Position numbers and translations under genes: made by a program. From Corallococcus exiguus (GTDB lineage: Bacteria > Myxococcota > Myxococcia > Myxococcales > Myxococcaceae), in assembly GCF_051058965.1 (NCBI RefSeq), contig NZ_CP183924.1: a DNA stretch of 64,000 nt; one strand, given 5' to 3'. This document shows positions 9,810-19,571 of this stretch, piece after piece. Within the stretch, counting starts at the first letter, position 1. Every line of letters begins with the position of its first letter. A model generated the notes under the pieces. It did not search any database. It worked only from the letters and a program-made list of their open reading frames with translations, and was not told the DNA's origin.

Positions 9810-9947
9810 GGTGGCCCCACCGTAACAACCGCTCTCCCGCCGCGCCGCAACGCCGTGGGGCCGGCATGGGCCCGGCCGCCCGGCTCCTCACGAAGCGGGC
9901 GGCCCCTGGCGTGGAGGGGTACCACTGACGGTAGGCTGTGTCGCACC

Positions 9948-10445
9948 ATGGCTCGCCGCAAGAAGGCCGACGAAACCACCGCGCGCGTGCGCAACCTGCT
10001 CGCCCTCGACGCCGCCGGCATCATGCGCCGGCTGGCCGCACGCAAGGAGGACATGTTCCTCCTCTTCTCCCGCCTGCGCAGCCGCGACCCGCTGGTGGAG
10101 ACGGTGGCCTCGCGCTACGCGGACGGCGCCTTCGCCCAGCTCATCCACCTGACCGAACAGGAGCAGGCGGTGGTGGACCACTTCTACGGGCGCCTGGACG
10201 AGCTGCGCTGGTACTTCACCTACACCGAGGACATGCCCGGCACCGCGCACCAGACGTTCAACTCGCTGCACCGCCGCCTGGAGGAGAGCTACCGCCTCTT
10301 CGTGGACACCCTGGGGCTGCCCGTCCAACCTGACGGTGTACGCGTGGTGAACGCGGAGGCCGTGCGCCAGGAAGCCACGGCCTCGGAGGCCACGCCCGTG
10401 GCGCTCGCCCCGCTGCCCCGCCGCCGTCGCGCTCCGCCCGCCTGA
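9948..10445 (+). CDS. hypothetical protein
   Basis: 165 aa from MARRKKADETTARVRNLL. GC3 is high. It sits inside the longer track ORF 9270..10445, whose upstream part is Arg/His-rich junk antisense to def. Confidence 0.45.
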   Translation: MARRKKADETTARVRNLLALDAAGIMRRLAARKEDMFLLFSRLRSRDPLVETVASRYADGAFAQLIHLTEQEQAVVDHFYGRLDELRWYFTYTEDMPGTAHQTFNSLHRRLEESYRLFVDTLGLPVQPDGVRVVNAEAVRQEATASEATPVALAPLPRRRRAPPA

Positions 10446-10448
10446 CGC

Positions 10449-11600
10449 TCAGGCCGCGGAGGCCTCGGCGCGAGCGTCCGCGGCAGACATCCCGGGCGCC
10501 GCGGCCTTCACCAGCCGCTTCATGGACGCCTTGCCCACGACGACGTCCACCATCTTCCGCGCGCGCGTCCAGACGCTCTCCTGCACGTACGGGATGCCGT
10601 ACTTCTCGCAGAGGGCGCGCACGTGCGGCTGCGCCTCGCGGTACTTCAGCATCGGCAGGTCCGGCCAGAGGTGGTGCTCAATCTGGTAGTTCAGCCACAG
10701 GTGCGCGAAGTCGTTGAGGTCGCCGCCCGTGCGGTAGTTCGCGCTGCCCACCACCTGCTGCACCATGCGCTCCGCCTTGTTCGCGGGCGCGGAGTCGAAG
10801 CGGTACAGGTCCTCGCCGGTGTGGTTGGGGCCCACCACGAAGAACGTGTGCAGGTTGGTGACGACGTCCGCCAGCACGGAGTTGCAGAACACGCTGAACG
10901 CCGCCCACGGCCCCACCACCAGGAACGCCGCCGGATACAGCCCGAAGAAGACGGTCGCGTACGGCAGGTAGCAGCGCGTGAAGAGCTCCCACAGCTCCGT
11001 GCGCGTCAGCGCCCCACCCTCGCGGCGGCCCTTGCGGCGCAGCGAGCCCAGCGTCTCCGGCGCGTAGTAGCTCGCGCGCCAGGTGACGGCCAGCAGCGCC
11101 AGCTGCACGTAGCGCAGGGCCAGCGGCCGGCCGGTGTCACGCAGCGAGCCCTCCGCGTTGCGCTCCAGGAGGTCCGGATCCGCGTCCTCGCCGGTGTGCG
11201 AGTGGTGCAGCACGTTGTGCTCGAAGACCCACGCCTCCGGCAGCATCCAGTCCAGCCAGTCCACGAACCGGCGGTTCCCCTTCGCGAAGCCCTTGCTGGT
11301 GCGCGACGCGGGCATGCCCGGCACGCGGTCATAGCCCCGGTGCCCCACGTGGTGCATGAGCAGCCAGCGCGTGGAGCGGCCCAGGCCCAGCGCCACCGCG
11401 GAGAGTGGATTGGGAGCAATCCACGCCGTGGCCATGCCCAGCACTGAAGCCACCTTCCCCCACCGCTCCATCTTCCGCAGGTGCGCCTTGTCCGCTTCAC
11501 CCAGGTTCGCGTCCAGCTGGGCGCGCAGCGCCTTCAGCTCCGCGTAGAAGCCCTCCACGTCCACGGAGGCCAGGTCGAAGTCAGGGGGGGCGCGGGACAT
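10449..11600 (-). CDS. membrane fatty-acid desaturase (front-end type, QxxHH third His box)
   Basis: His boxes HHVGH, HNVLHH and QIEHH, plus several hydrophobic segments. Start chosen at MSRAPPDFDL. The track ORF extends to 11687. Confidence 0.8.
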   Translation of the reverse strand: MSRAPPDFDLASVDVEGFYAELKALRAQLDANLGEADKAHLRKMERWGKVASVLGMATAWIAPNPLSAVALGLGRSTRWLLMHHVGHRGYDRVPGMPASRTSKGFAKGNRRFVDWLDWMLPEAWVFEHNVLHHSHTGEDADPDLLERNAEGSLRDTGRPLALRYVQLALLAVTWRASYYAPETLGSLRRKGRREGGALTRTELWELFTRCYLPYATVFFGLYPAAFLVVGPWAAFSVFCNSVLADVVTNLHTFFVVGPNHTGEDLYRFDSAPANKAERMVQQVVGSANYRTGGDLNDFAHLWLNYQIEHHLWPDLPMLKYREAQPHVRALCEKYGIPYVQESVWTRARKMVDVVVGKASMKRLVKAAAPGMSAADARAEASAA

Positions 11601-11694
11601 GCGAAGGGACTCCTCGAGAGCGGGACGGGGACCACGGCCGATGCGGGCCGCACGGTAGCCTCCGCCAGCGCTCACGCAAAGCGTCACGTCCCGC

Positions 11695-12171
11695 TCACCC
11701 GCTCGCAGGGCGACGGGGCAGCACCAGCTTCGCGATGAGCACCTGCAGCACGTCGCCCTTCTGGTTGCGAGTTTCGCTGCGCACCGTGGCGATGCCCCGG
11801 TCCGGCCGCGTGCGGGAGGGAATGATCTCCAGCACCTCGCTCTCCACCTGGAGGATGTCTCCCGGGCGCGTGGGCCGGGGCCAGCGGATGTCGCCGCCCG
11901 CCCCCACGATGCCTCCCTTGAAGGGCAGACCGCTCTGGACGTTGAGCTTCATGGTGAGCGCCGCCGTGTGCCAGCCGCTCGCCGCCAGCCCTTCGAACAG
12001 CGTGTCCTTCGCCGCGGCGTCGTCCAGATGGAAGCCCTGCGGGTCGAACTCCCTCGCGAAGGCGATGATCTGCGCCGCGTCCAGCGCGTGCGTGTCACTG
12101 AAGAACTTCTGCCCCACGGACAGGTCGTCCAGGAACAACTCCTGGCGCCCGCCCTCTGCCGTCGATGCCAT
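11695..12171 (-). CDS. MaoC-like (R)-specific enoyl-CoA hydratase/dehydratase (hotdog fold)
   Basis: MASTAEGGRQELFLDDLSVGQKF...DPQGFHLD...GIVGAGGD. This has the hotdog-fold, MaoC-dehydratase pattern. It lies upstream of, and co-directional with, the desaturase. Confidence 0.75.
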   Translation of the reverse strand: MASTAEGGRQELFLDDLSVGQKFFSDTHALDAAQIIAFAREFDPQGFHLDDAAAKDTLFEGLAASGWHTAALTMKLNVQSGLPFKGGIVGAGGDIRWPRPTRPGDILQVESEVLEIIPSRTRPDRGIATVRSETRNQKGDVLQVLIAKLVLPRRPASG

Positions 12172-12383
12172 GCCCGCGTCCCTCCGGGACGGATGCCCGC
12201 CCACATTATGAGCATAATCCGTCCATGACCGGGGCGCTCGTCCGGGTGCCACTGTTCTCCAGGTCGCACGGGGGGCCGCCCCTCGGGTCGCTCCGGATGC
12301 CGAACGTTGAACATCGCGCGCCCGCACCGGCGGACACGCGTCGAAACAACCAGTGCCCACGGCCCGTGGAGTATGAGCAGTGC

Positions 12384-13781
12384 GTGCCGCTCTCCTGCTT
12401 TCGCCGTCACCTGTCCGTCCTCGCCTTGGCCCTGACGGGCCTGGCGGCCCCCGTCGCCCACGCCGACGAGGACACGCCCGTGTCCCCCATCGACCGCTCC
12501 CAGGTCGGAGAGGTGACGGTGGAGGGCGCGAACAAGACGACGTCCGGGACGGTGCGCTCGTTCGGACAGGTGGGCGTGGGCGACGAGGTGGACAGCGAGG
12601 AACTGGAGAAGGTGGAGCGGCGCCTGTTGGCCACCGGCCTCTTCCAGGAGGTCCGTGTCGGCACCGAGCCGATGCCCGACGGGCGCGTGCGGCTGGTGCT
12701 GCGGGTGAAGGACAAGGCGTCGTGGGTGGTGGCCCCCACGGTGGCGCTGTCCTCCGCGAACACCGGCGGCGGGCTGCTCTACGCGGAGAACAACCTGGGC
12801 GGCCGCGCGAAGAAGTTCGCCGTCGCGGCGCAGGTGAGCACCGGCGAGAGCGGCCTGTACGTGGGCTTCCTGGATCCGATCCTCTTCGGCCTGCCGCAGC
12901 TCAAGTTCAGCCTGGAGGGACAGCTGAAGAGCGACCGCGTGGACGAGTACAGCATGGACGCCAGTGAGGACGACCCGGAGATCCTCCGGCGGACGCGCTT
13001 CAACTCCGCGTCCATCAGCTCCGAACTGGGCTTCATCCTCTTCGAGCGCGTGCGCGCGGCGGCGAAGTACCGCCTGGCCAGCATCGACGCGAAGACTCCG
13101 GATCCGAAGATGCCGGTGACGGTGCCGCCGTTCTCCACCGGCCCCGCCATGCGAGACACGTCGCTGCGCCTCATGGTGGGCCTGGACTCGCGCCAGACGC
13201 TGCACGCGGTGACGGAGGGGCTCAACCTGGAGGCCTCCTACGAGGTGTCCACCCCGGGCGTGTGGAGCGAGTTCGACTACCGCAAGTTCGGCCTCCTCTA
13301 TCGCCACGGCATCCGCTTCTTCACGGAGAACAACCTGGTGCTGCGCGGGGAGCTGGTGCTGGGCAGGCACCTGCCCTTCCAACAGGAGCTGGTGATGGGC
13401 GGCAACACGCTGCGCGGCTTCCAGTACCGGCAGTTCCGCGGCGACAGCCGGCTCACCTTCACGGCCGAGTACCACTTCCCCCTCTTCAAGGTGCAGTCGC
13501 TGGCCTTCCGGGGCGTGGCCTTCTCCGACACGGGTGCCATCGCGTGGTGGGATGTGCCCGAGGACGGAAACCTGCGCGACGCCAACGGACGCGTCATCCG
13601 CAACTACCTGCGGGAGACGATCACGGGCCAGAACGCCGTCACCGTGGCCCAGGGCGTGGGCGGGGGCCTGCGGCTGTACCTCAACAACGTCGTGCTGCCC
13701 CTGTTGGGCGTGGACGTCGCCTACGCCGTCAACTCCGGCCAGGTGCGCTTCTACCTCGTGGCCGGAGTCACGCCCTCCTGA
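12384..13781 (+). CDS. Omp85/TamA-family (surface antigen D15-like) outer-membrane protein with a single POTRA domain
   Basis: A signal peptide (RRHLSVLALALTGLAAPVAHA), a POTRA-like segment (VTVEGANKTTSGTVRSFGQVGVGDEVDSEELEKVERRLLATGLFQEVRV), and a C-terminal region with alternating hydrophobic beta-strand pattern. The start is uncertain: GTG at 12366 or 12384. Confidence 0.6.
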   Translation: MPLSCFRRHLSVLALALTGLAAPVAHADEDTPVSPIDRSQVGEVTVEGANKTTSGTVRSFGQVGVGDEVDSEELEKVERRLLATGLFQEVRVGTEPMPDGRVRLVLRVKDKASWVVAPTVALSSANTGGGLLYAENNLGGRAKKFAVAAQVSTGESGLYVGFLDPILFGLPQLKFSLEGQLKSDRVDEYSMDASEDDPEILRRTRFNSASISSELGFILFERVRAAAKYRLASIDAKTPDPKMPVTVPPFSTGPAMRDTSLRLMVGLDSRQTLHAVTEGLNLEASYEVSTPGVWSEFDYRKFGLLYRHGIRFFTENNLVLRGELVLGRHLPFQQELVMGGNTLRGFQYRQFRGDSRLTFTAEYHFPLFKVQSLAFRGVAFSDTGAIAWWDVPEDGNLRDANGRVIRNYLRETITGQNAVTVAQGVGGGLRLYLNNVVLPLLGVDVAYAVNSGQVRFYLVAGVTPS

Positions 13782-13790
13782 TGCGGCTTG

Positions 13791-14747
13791 CTAGCCGGCG
13801 CGGGCAGCGTCCGCGTCCGGCTCAGGCTCCGGAGGCGGCACCACGCCGGGCCATGCCTCCGGCGGCAGGTCCAGGCTGAACGGCGGTGACTCGCCGCGCA
13901 CCGTCCACCAGAGCGCCTTGTCCGCGCACAGCGCCTGCGCGATGCGGCCGGACGTCGTGCGGACGCGCTCCACGACGGCCTGGTGCTCCTCGGGCGTCTG
14001 CGCCTCCAGCATCGCGACGACGTTGTCCCAGACGCGCTGCCGCCAGACGATGAGCATCCGCATCACCGCCCGCTCCACCACGGGGCGGCTGAAGGGCACG
14101 CGCAGGAGCAGCCGCGTGGACGCGCACCGGTAGCGCTCCGCGAGCAGGTCCACGCAGTCCGGGATGCACGAGCGGAGGATCTCGTTCACGTGGAAGTAGT
14201 CATGCCGGTAGCGCGCCATCCGGCGTGCATCCGCCGGCGGCGACTGGTGGGCGATGTTGTCGTAGACGACCATTCCCAGGTCGTGGTTGATGTGGGCGCT
14301 CACGCCCAGCAGCGCGTCCTGGTACGGCTGCGTGAGCCCCTGGGCCGGGTAGTGCGTCGCGAAGCGCCACGCCGCGGTGGGCAGCGGCAGGTTCTTCAGC
14401 GAGTCGCGCACCGCGATGAGCGCCTCCTCCGCGAAGCGGCCCGTCAGGTGAGACAGCCACTCGGGTTCGAGGAAGCCGCCCGCGTCATCGCGGCTCAGCA
14501 GGTGGACGACCTTCCGAGTGACGATGGCGTAGATGTCCAGGAAGATGGCGCGTGAGTCATCCCGCGCGTTCAGCCGGCCGAGGATCTTCTCCAGACCCTC
14601 CAGCGCCTCCTCCGCGTTGACCGGATTCCAGAGCACGTCATCCAACCGGATGGGCCCCTGCGCGTCCGGGGCCTTTGTCTCGTGGAGGTGAAGCGACTGG
14701 GAACGCTGCGACCGGTGAGCCGAGGGGGAAGCCGGTGAAACATTCAT
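13791..14747 (-). CDS. hypothetical cytoplasmic protein
   Basis: About 318 aa from MNVSPASPSAHRS. GC3 is high. I recognise no motif. Confidence 0.5.
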   Translation of the reverse strand: MNVSPASPSAHRSQRSQSLHLHETKAPDAQGPIRLDDVLWNPVNAEEALEGLEKILGRLNARDDSRAIFLDIYAIVTRKVVHLLSRDDAGGFLEPEWLSHLTGRFAEEALIAVRDSLKNLPLPTAAWRFATHYPAQGLTQPYQDALLGVSAHINHDLGMVVYDNIAHQSPPADARRMARYRHDYFHVNEILRSCIPDCVDLLAERYRCASTRLLLRVPFSRPVVERAVMRMLIVWRQRVWDNVVAMLEAQTPEEHQAVVERVRTTSGRIAQALCADKALWWTVRGESPPFSLDLPPEAWPGVVPPPEPEPDADAARAG

Positions 14748-14905
14748 GAAATGACGCTCCGCGGGGTGGGGGAACGACTTCACATGAAAGCTTATCTGAA
14801 CCGGTCCCTCGTGTGATGACACCCGCTCAGAAGAAATTCGATGTTTCACGAGGCCCCCCGCGTGTTGACACTCACGCGGGGGCCTTTGTCACATCGATGT
14901 CAAAC

Positions 14906-16159
14906 TCAGGGCGCGGTGCCTTCACTCACGGTGCCGCCCGTCTTGCCCAGGACGTACCTGGCGAGCGCGAGGGCGTTGTTCTCGTCGACGAGGGACTCGT
15001 AGGTGGGCATCTGCGTGCCGGGCTTGAAGGTCTCCGGGTTGCGGATCCACTTCGCCACTTCCTCCGGAGCCTTGCCCTTGGCGCCCTGGAGCTTGGCCTC
15101 GTAGGCCTTGCCGGGGGCGTGGCAGGTCGCGCAGCCCAGCGAGCTGAACATCTTCTCCGGGTCGCTGGAGGGCTCCGCCTTGGGGCGGCCACCGGCGGGC
15201 GGCGGCACGACCTTGTCGTTGGGCTTCATGGAGCGCAGGAAGGTGTAGAGGGCGGAGAGCTCCACGGCGTCCGCGTAGCGGTACTTGGGCATGGGCGCGC
15301 GCAGGATGTAGCCCCCGGGCGTGATGCCCGTGACCATGGCGTGATTGAACTCGTCCAGCGTCCACTTGCCGATGCCGGCCGTCTCGCTGGGGGTGATGTT
15401 GGGCGACAGCAGCTTGCCCTCGCCGCCCAGCGGCACCATGTCGAACTCGAAGCCGCCGCTCAGCAGCGTCTCCGGGTGCTGCATCTTCACCGCGCTGCTC
15501 TCCAGGCCGGGCGAGTGGCAGAAGGTGCAGTCGTAGACGCTGGAGGCCAGGTAGCGGCCGTACTCCACGGAGTCCGCCGCCTTCGCGGGCACGGGCACCG
15601 GCTCCGTGCGGCCCTTGTCGTTGATGCCCATGGCGAACGCGAACGCCATCCGGCCCGGGGGCGTCAGCTCGGAGCGCGGCGGCTGCTGCTTCTCCGGCGC
15701 GAAGTCCGGGTGCCCGGAGCGCATGAAGCCGATGACCGCCGCGATGTCCTTGTCACCCATGTTGGGGAACGGGGGCATGGGGCGGAAGTGGTGGTTCTTG
15801 TCGATGCCGTTGATCACCAGGCGGGCGATCTCCTGGTCCGTCCAGGCGCCCACGCCCTTCTCCATGTCGGAGGTGATGTTCGCCGAGTAGAACGTGCCCA
15901 GTTCGGCCGGGAAGTCGAACATCCGGCCGCCCACGGGCTTGGTGTTGCCTCCGCCCGCGTGACACTCGCCACACACCGCGCGGAACACCTGCTCACCGCG
16001 GGCAATGCCCTCAGGAGAGCTGTCCCGCGTGATGTTGGGCAGCGCGACATAGTCGTACGTCTTGTTGATCTTGTGGGTGGCCACGCCCATGGCGGAACCC
16101 GCGCCAATCAGGACCAGGGCGACCAACGCACCAATGGCGATCAGGATCTTCTTCATCAT
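14906..16159 (-). CDS. membrane-anchored tri-haem c-type cytochrome (alcohol/gluconate-dehydrogenase cytochrome-subunit-like)
   Basis: Three CXXCH motifs: CGECH, CTFCH and CATCH. There is an N-terminal TM helix (MMKKILIAIGALVALVLIGAG), and GGAG lies upstream of the ATG. Confidence 0.8.
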   Translation of the reverse strand: MMKKILIAIGALVALVLIGAGSAMGVATHKINKTYDYVALPNITRDSSPEGIARGEQVFRAVCGECHAGGGNTKPVGGRMFDFPAELGTFYSANITSDMEKGVGAWTDQEIARLVINGIDKNHHFRPMPPFPNMGDKDIAAVIGFMRSGHPDFAPEKQQPPRSELTPPGRMAFAFAMGINDKGRTEPVPVPAKAADSVEYGRYLASSVYDCTFCHSPGLESSAVKMQHPETLLSGGFEFDMVPLGGEGKLLSPNITPSETAGIGKWTLDEFNHAMVTGITPGGYILRAPMPKYRYADAVELSALYTFLRSMKPNDKVVPPPAGGRPKAEPSSDPEKMFSSLGCATCHAPGKAYEAKLQGAKGKAPEEVAKWIRNPETFKPGTQMPTYESLVDENNALALARYVLGKTGGTVSEGTAP

Positions 16160-16259
16160 GGGGAACGCTTCTCCGGATGAACGGGGACGGCACACGGCGC
16201 TCCGTCTGCTCCACGGGGGAGGAGTGGACAGAGCGCCGGTGTTGGGACGGGTGAGGCGG

Positions 16260-17390
16260 CTACTGGCCCGGCAGACAGGTGCTGGGCGGGGGAATCGAAG
16301 GCGTCGTCGAGGGCGTCTTGCTGTACATCTGGAGGCCAGCGAACGTCACGCTGCCCGGGGCCACGGGGAGATCCAGCGGCTGGAGCACCCACGGGCGCCC
16401 TTCCGGGTCGCTGGTGGTGGAGTCCACCGCTTCGTAGTGGACCACCGGCGGCGGCCCCATCGGCGGCAGCGGCAGCGGCGGGTGGACGACAGCGACGACG
16501 CCCAGGGAGCTGTTCGGCGCCGGCGGCCCCGGCGGGATGAAGAAGCCGCGCGTGGACTGGAACGGCGCCAGCGGCGGCGGCAGCGCGCCTGGGGGCGCCC
16601 ACTCGATGTTCAGCACGCGGCCCGCGCTGGCCACCACGGTGGTGTTCGCAGCTGGCACGCGGAAGACGGGGAAGCCCGGCCGGTACAGCCAGAACACCGT
16701 CACGCCGCCGAAGCGGGCCGGGTTGAGCAGGTCCGCCACCGTGGTGAGCGTGCCCTCGGTGGTCAGGTACTTCGCGACCGCCTCCAGGATGCCCTTGTCG
16801 CTCATCTGCAGGGCCTCCAGGCCCACGCAGGCGCTGTGCGCGGGCACCACCGGCCGCACCGTCAGCGTGGGCACGTAGTTGCCCTCCGGCACGGGAGGCA
16901 GCGGCGGCAGCGGCGGCCCCGCAGGGGCATTATTGGCCAGCGTGCCGCTCGGCACCCCTGGCAACGCCGACGACAGCACGAAGAACGGCGCGCCCCGGCG
17001 CGTGGGCACCTTGTCCAGCGTCCAGACGCCATGGGCGTCCGATGCAGCGAACACGCCGCTCTCCGCGAGCACCTGGCCCGTGGCGCTGTCCAGCAGGGTG
17101 ATGGGCGCGTTCTGAACCACCGCGCGCTGCAGGAGCGGGCTGAACTCCGCGTACAGCGGCGGCAGCGGGCACTGCGCGGGCGGCGGCGCGCAGGCCGCCA
17201 GGTTGAAGAAGTAGGCCTCCGGGTCCACGGTGAAGCCGTTCAGCCGGGAGGTGAGGCCCTCCGGCTCGCGGTTCTCATACGTGGGGCGCGGCGTGAAGGT
17301 CGACGCCGAGGGGTTGTTGGAGGATTCCTGGCAGCCGGCGTTCAGCAGGGCCGCGCCGAGGAGCGTTCCGACGAAGAGAGCTCTTTGCAT
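16260..17390 (-). CDS. Pro-rich lipoprotein
   Basis: A lipoprotein signal peptide with lipobox (LLNAGC) and PPLPPLPP tracts. It sits between the two cytochrome genes. Confidence 0.6.
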   Translation of the reverse strand: MQRALFVGTLLGAALLNAGCQESSNNPSASTFTPRPTYENREPEGLTSRLNGFTVDPEAYFFNLAACAPPPAQCPLPPLYAEFSPLLQRAVVQNAPITLLDSATGQVLAESGVFAASDAHGVWTLDKVPTRRGAPFFVLSSALPGVPSGTLANNAPAGPPLPPLPPVPEGNYVPTLTVRPVVPAHSACVGLEALQMSDKGILEAVAKYLTTEGTLTTVADLLNPARFGGVTVFWLYRPGFPVFRVPAANTTVVASAGRVLNIEWAPPGALPPPLAPFQSTRGFFIPPGPPAPNSSLGVVAVVHPPLPLPPMGPPPVVHYEAVDSTTSDPEGRPWVLQPLDLPVAPGSVTFAGLQMYSKTPSTTPSIPPPSTCLPGQ

Positions 17391-17405
17391 GGCGGGTTGC
17401 TTCCC

Positions 17406-19337
17406 CTACTTCGCGGGGAGGATGTGGCTGGCGGGAAGCTGATCGCCGCCGTGACAGGTCTGCGCGCAGTTGCCGAACCGGCTGGGCGTGCCGCGCTGGT
17501 TGAAGGCGATCTGGAAGAACTCGTCCCCGTGCTGGGAGATGTGGCACGAGCCGCACAGCGACAGGCTGGGACGCTCCGTGCTCTTGCGCGTCAGGTGGCA
17601 CACGGTGCAGTCCGCGCGGTTCGCCGGGTACGTGGGCGAGTTCATGTGGATGCGGTGCACCATCTCCTGCGTGCGGCCCACCGTGTCCGTGTCGTAGTGG
17701 TGGCAGACCTTGCAGCTCTCGATGTGGTCCACCGACAGGCCGTGGCGCAGGTTGTCCAGCGACAGCACGCCGCGGTGGCAGAGCTGGCAGTTGCCCACGT
17801 TGCCCGGGTACGTCGTCGACTCGTCCTGGCCCACCTGGAAGAAGAAGGGGTTCAGCTTCGCGACGCGCTCGCCCATGGCTCCACGGTTGAACTTCACCAG
17901 TGCCACGTAGGTGCCCGGCTTCGCGTTCGCGGGCAGCGAGAACGTCTGGCGGGTGGGCCACTTGTAGTCGATGAGGCCCGGCGTCAGCCCCGTGAGCGTG
18001 GCGTCATCCAGCGTCGCGAACGGGAACGGCTTGGCGAAGAACTGGGGCTTGTCGCTGGGGTTGCCCAGGACCTGGAGATCCTGGAGGGGGCCCGCGATGG
18101 CCACGTTGGAGATGGAGTCGTTCTCCGTGACGGACGCGATGACGCCGGGGACGAACGTCACGAGGCCGTTGGACTGGCCGCTGATGATCTCCCGCGCGCT
18201 GGGCAACAGGTCGCGCGAGTGCAGGTGGGCGCCCGCGCTGTCGCGCAGGTCCACGTAGACGCTCACGTCCTCGCCGGGCTTGTAGAAGCTGCCCTCCTTC
18301 GGGGGCGAGAACACCAGCCGCGAGTCCAGGCCCGGGTTGCACTGCACCGGGTTGCCGGCGTCGTCGGTGCAGGTGGACGGGCGATCATCCGGGATGACGT
18401 ACGTGACGGGGAAGAAGAACGGCTTGTCCGGCAGCTGGCTCCAGGTGGCCTTGAGCGCGCCGGGACCGGACAGGCGCGGCACGCGCAGCACCTTGAAGGG
18501 GTTGGTGCTGCCCACCCAGTCCACGCGCGCGATGGTGCGGGTGATGGCGCTCTGGTCCAGACCACCCGCGAAGCCCGTCACGGTGCCCGGGTCCTTGTCG
18601 CCGGGGAAGCGCGGCGGCTTCAGGTTCTCCGACCGCCAGGAGAAGCGGCTGTGGCCGGCGTAGGGCGAGGAGGCCAGCAGCTCCGAGCGCAGATACGTCT
18701 GGCTCGCGCGCGGGGTGCCCGACTCGTCCAGCACCTCCACGGTGATGGTGTCGTCCTTCACCTTCTGCCAGTTCGCGTTGCCGAACTGCACCTCGCGGGT
18801 CCAGCAGTCCTCCACCGCGCCCGCGAGGCTGTAGAAGCTCCACTCGTCCGGGCCCTGGTTGACGTTGGTCCAGTCCAGTCCCGAGAAGACGGACTGGTTC
18901 TTGATCCACGCCAGCGCGGCCGTCTGGTCGTTGGGATTGTTGTGCTGGTTGACCACGGTCTCCGACACGGAGAACTGGTTCAGGAAGTACTGGGTGTCCG
19001 ACAGGATCTGCAGCGTCCCCGTGGGAGGCGACTGCGTCAGCGGGTTCTGCGCGAGCGGCGTGACGCACACGTCCGGGTAGGTCACCGGGAGGTCGTTGTG
19101 CCTCAACGGCACGCCGTTCTTCGCCACCATCTGCCCGTTGGGCAGGAAGGCGCAGCCGTTGATGTACTGGAGGCTCAGCCGGATCGCGCCGGAGTTGAGG
19201 CCCTGGTACGGGTCGAACCGCTTGGCACCGCGGCCTGTGGTGGACCCCTCGTCATCAGTGACCTTGAGGAGGTTGCAGGACAGCAGGGGCACCAGCAGGG
19301 CGCACCACGCGCTCTTCAACAGGATTGAGCGATTCAT
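17406..19337 (-). CDS. lipoprotein with a C-terminal multihaem c-type cytochrome domain (4 CXXCH + 1 CX3CH)
   Basis: The signal peptide and lipobox is MNRSILLKSAWCALLVPLLSC. An N-terminal domain of about 480 aa is of unknown function. The C-terminus carries the haem motifs CQLCH, CKVCH, CTVCH, CGSCH and CAQTCH. Confidence 0.75.
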   Translation of the reverse strand: MNRSILLKSAWCALLVPLLSCNLLKVTDDEGSTTGRGAKRFDPYQGLNSGAIRLSLQYINGCAFLPNGQMVAKNGVPLRHNDLPVTYPDVCVTPLAQNPLTQSPPTGTLQILSDTQYFLNQFSVSETVVNQHNNPNDQTAALAWIKNQSVFSGLDWTNVNQGPDEWSFYSLAGAVEDCWTREVQFGNANWQKVKDDTITVEVLDESGTPRASQTYLRSELLASSPYAGHSRFSWRSENLKPPRFPGDKDPGTVTGFAGGLDQSAITRTIARVDWVGSTNPFKVLRVPRLSGPGALKATWSQLPDKPFFFPVTYVIPDDRPSTCTDDAGNPVQCNPGLDSRLVFSPPKEGSFYKPGEDVSVYVDLRDSAGAHLHSRDLLPSAREIISGQSNGLVTFVPGVIASVTENDSISNVAIAGPLQDLQVLGNPSDKPQFFAKPFPFATLDDATLTGLTPGLIDYKWPTRQTFSLPANAKPGTYVALVKFNRGAMGERVAKLNPFFFQVGQDESTTYPGNVGNCQLCHRGVLSLDNLRHGLSVDHIESCKVCHHYDTDTVGRTQEMVHRIHMNSPTYPANRADCTVCHLTRKSTERPSLSLCGSCHISQHGDEFFQIAFNQRGTPSRFGNCAQTCHGGDQLPASHILPAK

Positions 19338-19571
19338 GGAAGACGAGGCCGGAGGGAGTCGGGGGGAGGAAAAGGAGCAGGTGTCCTCACGCGCGGGCCC
19401 ACGCGACCCACCCTTCCCGACGCCGCCAGCGCTCCGCGACGCGGAGATGGTGAGGCCTGGTAAGGGTTGGGAGGAGAACACCTCATCGGTTCAAACTGAC
19501 CACATTATGAGAGTCCGCGCAATTCGTGGACTTCAGATCGCACAGAGGGAAGCACGCGCCCGCGCGCCGGA

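Noticed and set aside
8041-10445. Apparent +/-1 nt discrepancies between my manual position counting and the ORF-track coordinates, for example at 8164/8165, 9947/9948 and an extra c at 10381
   Set aside because: These are most likely my own counting error across line boundaries. I used the track coordinates as authoritative and placed internal starts by residue offset. No biological frameshift is claimed there.
12201-12212. The 12-mer ccacattatgag recurs at 12201 and 19500 in AT-richer promoter regions
   Set aside because: A single 12-mer coincidence between two intergenic regions, with different spacing to the downstream starts. That is not enough to call a shared regulatory motif.
16062-19328. 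1088-aa plus-strand ORF antisense to the cytochrome/lipoprotein genes
   Set aside because: A shadow ORF. Arg/Gly/Val/Ala/His-rich with no domain signatures. The minus-strand genes carry haem motifs and lipoboxes.
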